Shown here piece by piece: positions 16,301 to 21,521 of a stretch of 24,669 bases of DNA. The first letter of the stretch is position 1, and each line of letters starts with the position of its first letter. Source of the DNA: a virus (lineage: Duplodnaviria > Caudoviricetes); IMG/VR virus record IMGVR_UViG_3300033143_001674, positions 1 through 24,669 of that record, one strand, 5' to 3'. The translations under genes were made by a program, and so were the position numbers. Below the pieces are notes generated by a model. It was not told the origin of the DNA. It saw nothing but the letters and a program-made list of their open reading frames with translations, and did not search any database.

Positions 16301-16318
16301 GTGTGTGTGTGTGTGTGT
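16301..16318. repeat. (GT)9 / (AC)9 dinucleotide tract
   Basis: gtgtgtgtgtgtgtgtgt read directly, in the intergenic gap between terL and the 72-aa gene. Confidence 0.97.
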
Positions 16319-16325
16319 ACCCGCG

Positions 16326-16354
16326 ACTATATCTTAATCGTCGTAAGAATCCAA
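16326..16354 (-). promoter_or_regulatory. Candidate sigma70-type promoter for the head-tail operon
   Basis: Minus strand TTGGAT-N17-TATAGT overlapping the terL stop. Confidence 0.4.
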
Positions 16355-17848
16355 GCTATCCATTGGATTATAATCAACCTGTGTTTTGCCCCTCATGTAT
16401 GGGTTGTGGTCTAAGTGGCCCCTCGGCACCTCGCGCTTGGGCACAGGCTCCGCGAAGGTCAAGTACAGCGCGTCTGCCCAGTCGGGTGACACGCCCAGCC
16501 GCTTCTTCATGTCTTTCTTGCGCTCAAGCACCAGTTGATCCTTGTCGTTATGTCCGAACTCGCGTGATGTCAGCTCAACCTCAAGCTGTGGGTCGTTGGG
16601 TATTGCACCCCCGTCGAGTAGCCACTGCCTGCAATGTGACCCCATCTCTGCTGTACGCATCTTAAAGTGTTTGACATCCGCCGCGTTATCACCGAAACCC
16701 ACATCAATGACGTGATAGCCGAGCTGCCGGAGTCTATCGGCCACCGGGCCGCCCATCGACCCTTTGTCCATGAACGTGACATCGGGCTTGTGCCGGTCGA
16801 GTATCATGGTTAGCAGCGACACTACTTTCATCGAGTCACGTGATTTCTCGCCCGGTATCCGGTAAACCTTCTCAGATTTTGCGTCTTTGCCCCGTCTAAA
16901 CTGGAGCATGCAGTTATCGTCGCCGCCCCGCGCCATGTCAATGCCGCATATCAGCGGATCATCGCCCAGATATGCGCCTGGCCCTCTTCTCATCGCGTCA
17001 TACACCACATCAGACGGGATGAACTGCATGTCACCGCCCTTAGGGAATAGACCTCGCACACGCACACGCGCCCTGTCGCTATCCTCGCCAAAATCCTCGA
17101 TGATCCGGTTCAGATACGACTTGTTAGCAATCTTAGTGTCACGACTGTCAATCTGTCGCGTTATCCACCGGTGACTGTTCTTTCTGAAACATTCGTAAAA
17201 TGAGCCACTGTTACGCGTGGGATTGCCGAAGCAGAAGTGCATCGGCTCGCCATCCGTGAGTCCGCCTGACGACACTTCCCAGATCTTCTCAGGGATCGCG
17301 CTGGCTTCATCGAAAATGTAGTAAGGGGTTGATGTTGCGGCGTGTAGCCCCGCGAAGGCTTCTGAGTTCTCTTCCCTGCACGTTATCGCGTCCAGCCGCC
17401 ACTTATCCGGGTACGCACGGTGTTGGACGCTCATCGCGTTCACAATGAACCAGTGTCCGGTTATCGATAGACTGTTCCATTTGCTAATCTCGGCCATCGT
17501 CACAGTTCGCACCTGATCGCCTGTGTTCGCCGTCAGTCGCCCCTTGCTGAAGGGTCGCGTTGACATAATCCAGTTGACAAGCCACGCGGTGAACGCACTC
17601 TTCCCGATGCCGTGACCGCTTGCCCACGCCATTAGTATTGGATCAACCGCGTTGAATCCGTCGAATTTATTCCTCCGCACTTCGCGTCCGATCGCTTCTA
17701 GGCCGTCCCGCTGCCACTTGTCTGGGCCGTCGAAACCCTCAAGGAGTGTACCGGGTTCACCCCACTCGTACGCAAACATGACAAACCCCAGTGGGTCGTC
17801 GTAGTATTTAAGTACTTCGTCTGCTAACGCTATGTCAACGTCGCTCAT
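16334..17848 (-). CDS. terL: Terminase large subunit, 504 aa
   Basis: Walker A ASGHGIGKS, Walker B YYIFDEAS, coupling motif FGNPT, nuclease motifs CGIDMARGGDD and SPDWADAL. Confidence 0.96.
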   Translation of the reverse strand: MSDVDIALADEVLKYYDDPLGFVMFAYEWGEPGTLLEGFDGPDKWQRDGLEAIGREVRRNKFDGFNAVDPILMAWASGHGIGKSAFTAWLVNWIMSTRPFSKGRLTANTGDQVRTVTMAEISKWNSLSITGHWFIVNAMSVQHRAYPDKWRLDAITCREENSEAFAGLHAATSTPYYIFDEASAIPEKIWEVSSGGLTDGEPMHFCFGNPTRNSGSFYECFRKNSHRWITRQIDSRDTKIANKSYLNRIIEDFGEDSDRARVRVRGLFPKGGDMQFIPSDVVYDAMRRGPGAYLGDDPLICGIDMARGGDDNCMLQFRRGKDAKSEKVYRIPGEKSRDSMKVVSLLTMILDRHKPDVTFMDKGSMGGPVADRLRQLGYHVIDVGFGDNAADVKHFKMRTAEMGSHCRQWLLDGGAIPNDPQLEVELTSREFGHNDKDQLVLERKKDMKKRLGVSPDWADALYLTFAEPVPKREVPRGHLDHNPYMRGKTQVDYNPMDSLDSYDD

Positions 17849-17877
17849 GTGTCACCATTGTCGTCACCATTGAGTAG

Positions 17878-17943
17878 AAATTCCCAGCGACGAGGCCGCG
17901 ACACGGTGACGGATGCCGCACCCTTGTGTGCCGCTGGGAATTT
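17878..17943 (-). other. Long intergenic hairpin between terS and terL
   Basis: Perfect 12-bp inverted repeat AAATTCCCAGCG (17878-17889) / CGCTGGGAATTT (17932-17943), plus an inner stem that pairs via G-U on the minus strand. Confidence 0.75.
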
Positions 17944-17955
17944 TTCGTTAGGTTA

Positions 17956-18387
17956 TCACAAAAACGTAGGCTCGTCAGGCTTCCTCAGCCGCCGCCTAGC
18001 GGACACTAACCGCTCCATGACATCAGCGTCAGTGCTAACCTTGATTTTGTCAGCAGCGAACGCGTCAACGCGCTTATGCTTGCCTACCATGTTCAGTGCG
18101 GTGTTACTCGCTGCGATGTTGCCCTGTTGTCTCGCGATTCTGTGATTATCCACCATCTCGTACAGCAACCAGTCAGTGTCAATCATGGTCTCCTCTAGCC
18201 GTCGCTGTAGTATATTCTCAATCGCAGCACCCACGTCCGCCTCACCGAGCAGCTTGTACCCGTGATCCGCCGAGTGGCCCGATGCTTCCGCCGCACGACG
18301 TGTCGCGAAATCCTTCAAATATTCAATGACAAAGGTGGCCTTTTTTGGTGTCAACTGAATCATGTCTGCAAGCGTAATCCTTTTCAT
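17956..18387 (-). CDS. terS: Terminase small subunit, ~143 aa
   Basis: LTPKKATFVIEYLKDFATRRAAEASGHS HTH and ALNMVGKH motif of Terminase_2-type proteins; upstream of terL. Start re-assigned to ATG 18387 (start uncertain). Confidence 0.88.
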   Translation of the reverse strand: MKRITLADMIQLTPKKATFVIEYLKDFATRRAAEASGHSADHGYKLLGEADVGAAIENILQRRLEETMIDTDWLLYEMVDNHRIARQQGNIAASNTALNMVGKHKRVDAFAADKIKVSTDADVMERLVSARRRLRKPDEPTFL

Positions 18388-18725
18388 GGGAAGCTCGCCC
18401 CCTTTGTTACTCAACGCGATCGTCGCGTCCTCGATACCCGCATAGTACCTTAAAACCCCTTTGTTGTAATTGACATCGACGAAATGCCCCGTAACGACTG
18501 CCAAAACCTGCGCCCTCACTGCGGCAGAATATGGCCCCCGTTTTGGCCTGTTTTCACCGGATGAAATCTATGTGACGGAAATTTCGGGATTTGAATCCGT
18601 GACGCCGTGACAGCAAAATATAGCCCCAAATTCCAATTGTGAACATGTGTCGAAAAATTTTCCCTTGGAGTTCAAACGCCGTCATGGATTCAATATTAGT
18701 AATAAAAGAGTAAAAAGAGTAAGTA

Positions 18726-18881
18726 AATCAGTAACTTAGACCCCATGACGGAGGAAAAACAGTGTTTCTTCAATTTTCCATTTAAACCTTATGAATCAAC
18801 GACTTAATCCGTGACAGCCCGTGACGGAGGAAAACGCTCGAATTCGGGATTTCCATTTAAACCTTATGAATCAACAACTTA
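18726..18881 (+). promoter_or_regulatory. Three IHF-consensus sites
   Basis: WATCARNNNNTTR matches: AATCAGTAACTTA (18726-18738), AATCAACGACTTA (18794-18806), AATCAACAACTTA (18869-18881). Confidence 0.7.
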
Positions 18882-19012
18882 AAAACCCAATTTCCGTCAT
18901 ATCCGTGACGGAGGAAATCGCCTCTGTCACGGGATTTCCATTTGTTGGTCAAACTTTGTACAGCATATGACGGAAATTCCCCCTAAAGTGTGATTTCCCA
19001 CGCTACGGAAAC

Positions 19013-19040
19013 TTGACATTCATGGCGGTTTCCGTACAAT
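19013..19040 (+). promoter_or_regulatory. Sigma70-type promoter of the solo winged-helix gene, overlapped by inverted repeats
   Basis: TTGACA (19013-19018)-N16-TACAAT (19035-19040). Inverted repeats TACGGAAAC/GTTTCCGTA (19004-19012/19028-19036) and TTCCGT/ACGGAA (19040-19055). Confidence 0.7.
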
Positions 19041-19078
19041 TCCGTGACGACGGAAATTTTTCAAAAGAGGAGAAAATC

Positions 19079-19438
19079 ATGGATTTAGAGCGCATTTCAC
19101 GCAGTTTGGGGGTTACGCCAAACCTACTAATTTTGCTCAACGAGCTGCCCCAAATCGACTGGGTGAGCCACCTGTGCGACCCCGATTTCCGCGCCAAACT
19201 TGCGCAGGAATTGGCCATCACACAATGCCCCAAGTTTATTCGCGAGGTCAAGTTCAACGCATGGTGTGACACGGCAGACCCTGAGGGTATGAGTTCGGAC
19301 GAGATAGGGGCCGCTGTGGGTGGTTACACCAATAGGCAGGAGGTGTCGCGGCTGATGAGGGCGTCAGGGTACGAGGTCAGGCAGGCGTATTTTGATGGTA
19401 AGCAGGGCAGGCGGTGGTTCCGTGCAACCTTCCTATAG
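19079..19438 (+). CDS. Putative winged-helix DNA-binding protein, 119 aa
   Basis: RBS AGGAG at 19068-19072, ATG 19079, own promoter and terminator. C-terminal MSSDEIG...QEVSRLMRASGYEVRQAYFDGKQGRRWFR fits the helix-helix-wing pattern seen at the C-termini of VapE/SF3 helicases. Confidence 0.78.
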   Translation: MDLERISRSLGVTPNLLILLNELPQIDWVSHLCDPDFRAKLAQELAITQCPKFIREVKFNAWCDTADPEGMSSDEIGAAVGGYTNRQEVSRLMRASGYEVRQAYFDGKQGRRWFRATFL

Positions 19439-19439
19439 C

Positions 19440-19470
19440 AAAAAGCCCCGATTAAGGGGCTTTCTTCTTT
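19440..19470. terminator. Bidirectional intrinsic terminator
   Basis: AAAGCCCC-GATTAA-GGGGCTTT with an A run on the left and a T-rich run on the right, between convergent stops at 19438 and 19469. Confidence 0.85.
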
Positions 19471-19588
19471 AGTCTAACCACAGGTGCCACACCCCTCGCC
19501 GGAGCAGGCACCGCCTGACCACCCCATGTACGCGCAGTGCATGTTGGATCGCGACACCAAGGCTGCTTGATTTAATTAGTTTCGACAT
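19469..19588 (-). CDS. Small basic hypothetical protein, 39 aa (below the track cut-off)
   Basis: AGGAGG then ATG 19588; MSKLIKSSSLGVAIQHALRVHGVVRRCLLRRGVWHLWLD; the stop abuts the terminator. Confidence 0.55.
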   Translation of the reverse strand: MSKLIKSSSLGVAIQHALRVHGVVRRCLLRRGVWHLWLD

Positions 19589-19844
19589 GTAACCTCCTAG
19601 CTTTTATCAGATCGAGCAGTCTACTCACTGCATGACCACTTTTTACCCCGTTCTCAGACACGACTATCACGCACCAGTCGGTGGGAGGGGTTTTACCTCC
19701 GTTCCTATCGCCGATAACCAGCCCCAGTCTAATTTTGGGGAGGGCGATGTCCATCCTGAACCGGCAAGGCAGCCTGTAGGGTTTGACGTACCCTTTAACA
19801 CCCTTAAGGTCGAGTTGCCGCGTTAGCTCTCTACGTATCCACAT
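19572..19844 (-). CDS. Degenerate Vsr/DUF559-like nuclease-fold protein, 90 aa
   Basis: YRL..RFRMDIALPKIRLGLVIGD...W.VI.VS...VKSGHA resembles the RxDFAxPxxKxAVExxG...GWxVxRF...VKSGxA pattern but is shortened. Confidence 0.55.
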   Translation of the reverse strand: MWIRRELTRQLDLKGVKGYVKPYRLPCRFRMDIALPKIRLGLVIGDRNGGKTPPTDWCVIVVSENGVKSGHAVSRLLDLIKARRLHVETN

Positions 19845-19845
19845 G

Positions 19846-20253
19846 TCAGGCCCCGTCGACCGCGTGGACTGCTTGGAGGGTCGCGATAATTTGCGGAATG
19901 GTAAGCGCGTCTACTTTTTCAATAAACTCTTTAAATTTGGTTCTTAACGGGTCATTGCCTAGCAGCACCAGCACGTTCTCGTCGTATTGAATCGCTTCGC
20001 GCATTGTCCAGCCGAATGCGCGGGCCTCTAGCTCGATATCTGAATTGAAAGCGTGACCGTTATATGCCTGGCATATTGCTTTAAATTCACCACTTTCAAA
20101 TTCAGGCAATAAATGTTTGGTTAAAACATCGTAGCGATGGATCAGTTGGTTGATTGAAAAATTGTAATTTGGCTCGCTGTGGTTAGGGCTAATTTGTTGC
20201 ACTAACTCGTCTGAGCGCTGATTAAATCGGATTGTTTTTTGTGTTTGTGCCAT
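19846..20253 (-). CDS. Hypothetical protein with ribbon-helix-helix-like N-terminus, 135 aa
   Basis: QKTIRFNQRSDELVQQI...NFSINQLIHRY (beta strand with alternating hydrophobics, then two helices); tightly packed with its neighbours. Confidence 0.7.
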   Translation of the reverse strand: MAQTQKTIRFNQRSDELVQQISPNHSEPNYNFSINQLIHRYDVLTKHLLPEFESGEFKAICQAYNGHAFNSDIELEARAFGWTMREAIQYDENVLVLLGNDPLRTKFKEFIEKVDALTIPQIIATLQAVHAVDGA

Positions 20254-20255
20254 GG

Positions 20256-20486
20256 TTATGTATCCACCGTTTCAAATTCAAATTCAAATATTACAGGGTT
20301 GCCGCTGCGCGTCTCACTGCTTGAAATCTCAATATAAGCATCAATATCTTCAGTACCTATGTCGTTACTAACATTGTTGATTATGTATGATTCAAACGCT
20401 TTAACGTCGGTTGCCTTGTAAGCGTCTTTAACGAGATCGTTATGCAGCGCCATTAGTTCTTCAAAGGTTGTGTTTAATAATGTCAT
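20256..20486 (-). CDS. Small acidic hypothetical protein, 76 aa
   Basis: RBS GGAG upstream of ATG; 16 D/E versus 4 K/R by my count. Confidence 0.8.
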   Translation of the reverse strand: MTLLNTTFEELMALHNDLVKDAYKATDVKAFESYIINNVSNDIGTEDIDAYIEISSSETRSGNPVIFEFEFETVDT

Positions 20487-20500
20487 GATTGTTTTGCTCC

Positions 20501-20525
20501 AAAAAGTTAAGCCCCCGAAGGGGCT
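20501..20525 (-). terminator. Hairpin / weak terminator inside the accessory cassette
   Basis: Minus strand AGCCCC-TTCG-GGGGCT followed by TAACTTTTT. Confidence 0.6.
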
Positions 20526-20532
20526 ATGGTTG

Positions 20533-20973
20533 TTAAAACTCTTTAATTAAATGTGATTGCTGATAACTACCGCTGTAGCCGCACTTTACTATGTAGCCAC
20601 TTTTTATTTGCGCAGTGCTATATGCTTTGTTTTTCCACCCCTTAGTCTTCAGCGCGTTCATTACTCTTACGCCATCTTTCTTTATTTTTCCGGTTTTTAT
20701 GGCGTGGTAATATTCATCTAATAAGCCTTCGTGTTCCCATTTTGCGATTAAGTCCAAGTCTCTTTGGGATTTCAAGTTAGGCTTATATATCGTTACGTAA
20801 GCTTCGTATTGGAAAAATGAGTGGCCAGATGAGAGGCCGGCTGACGCGGTCGAAAAAAACCAACCCCTCTTCTCCATCTTTGCGACGTATCGCTCTATTG
20901 ATGCGTCTACTCTTGCCTCATTTGACCCATCGCTTTTGTTTACTACTGTCAATCTTTTTCTTAAACTTCTCAT
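20533..20973 (-). CDS. Basic hypothetical protein, 146 aa
   Basis: RBS GGAG upstream, AT-rich, first gene behind the 21049-21076 promoter; no motif recognised. Confidence 0.8.
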   Translation of the reverse strand: MRSLRKRLTVVNKSDGSNEARVDASIERYVAKMEKRGWFFSTASAGLSSGHSFFQYEAYVTIYKPNLKSQRDLDLIAKWEHEGLLDEYYHAIKTGKIKKDGVRVMNALKTKGWKNKAYSTAQIKSGYIVKCGYSGSYQQSHLIKEF

Positions 20974-21048
20974 TTTATATCTCCGTTTAGCATCTCATTG
21001 AGTGCGGTTCTAGTTAATAAATAAAGCTTCTTTGTTAAGCTTGCAAAC

Positions 21049-21076
21049 AGTATAGCATCTAGTCGGAGGCTGTCTA
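21049..21076 (-). promoter_or_regulatory. Sigma70-type promoter with extended -10 driving the accessory cassette
   Basis: Minus strand TAGACA-N16-TATACT with TG-n before the -10 and an A/T-rich segment upstream. Confidence 0.65.
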
Positions 21077-21093
21077 GTTATTTCTCGATTATT

Positions 21094-21348
21094 TTACGGA
21101 TCAGCTTTCAGCACGACGCTGATGCCTTCGACGAGCGTGGGCATCACTAACCCCAAGCTCTCCACGTTCTCTTTCGCCATTTGATACTGTGCGAGGAACT
21201 GAACGGCCCACCCATCAACGTTCTCTGTCACAAACGATGAGATCAGCTTATGCCCGCTCTCGTCAAATTTATCATCCCACATTCTTGACATCTCAATAAA
21301 TGTCGTGTCTACCATTTCTTGTGTAATTGTTTCAGTCACTTTAGTCAC
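21094..21348 (-). CDS. Hypothetical protein, 84 aa
   Basis: GTG-start ORF filling the gap, co-oriented with its neighbours; no motif recognised. Confidence 0.6.
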   Translation of the reverse strand: MTKVTETITQEMVDTTFIEMSRMWDDKFDESGHKLISSFVTENVDGWAVQFLAQYQMAKENVESLGLVMPTLVEGISVVLKADP

Positions 21349-21360
21349 CCCATATAGTTG

Positions 21361-21521
21361 TTACCTAGTTGATTTAACCAAGGGTTGCTGTTTAGGTTTC
21401 AGCAACCACGGTACTTCTTTCATGCAATCGGTACTTCTTTCATGCAATTGGTGCATTTCTTTATCTTCAAGCTGCTCAGGCGCACCATGGGCCCCCCACA
21501 CTCAGGGCAGTGTGTCTTCAT
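21361..21521 (-). pseudogene. Small C4 zinc-ribbon gene frameshifted by a 20-bp tandem duplication
   Basis: ATG 21521 overlaps the primase TGA. As written it gives MKTHCPECGGPMVRLSSLKIKKCTNCMKEVPIA* (stop 21420). Removing one repeat unit gives a 46-aa protein ending ...KEVPWLLKPKQQPLVKSTR* (stop 21361). Confidence 0.72.
21409..21448. repeat. Perfect 20-bp tandem duplication
   Basis: CGGTACTTCTTTCATGCAAT at 21409-21428 and 21429-21448. Confidence 0.97.

Larger units (their letters stand above)
18572..19058. repeat. Non-coding iteron-like array (RTGACRG x10, both orientations) with a 33-bp direct repeat; probable replication origin or packaging site
   Basis: RTGACRG on + at 18572, 18607, 18745, 18811, 18821, 18905, 18967 and on - at 18679, 18894, 18924. 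33-bp repeat TTTCCATTTAAACCTTATGAATCAACRACTTAA at 18775-18807 and 18850-18882. A-rich tract ~18690-18730. Confidence 0.85.

Noticed and set aside
4300-18453. Many plus-strand and short alternative-frame ORFs across the structural module
   Set aside because: All overlap well-supported minus-strand genes and lack recognisable motifs.
18388-18519. N-terminal extension of terS given in the ORF track
   Set aside because: The TerS HTH begins just after ATG 18387 and the extension has no recognisable protein features; more likely upstream regulatory DNA.
18775-18882. Two 33-bp repeats with a 42-bp spacer as a CRISPR mini-array (reverse complement ends ATGGAAA)
   Set aside because: The spacer is made of the local GTGACRG motifs, the repeat has no internal palindrome and is explained by an IHF-consensus site, and no cas genes are present.
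19003-19272. Minus ORF 19003-19272 and the TTG start at 19013 for the plus ORF
   Set aside because: The TTG is the -35 box. ATG 19079 has a clear RBS, and the minus ORF is its shadow.
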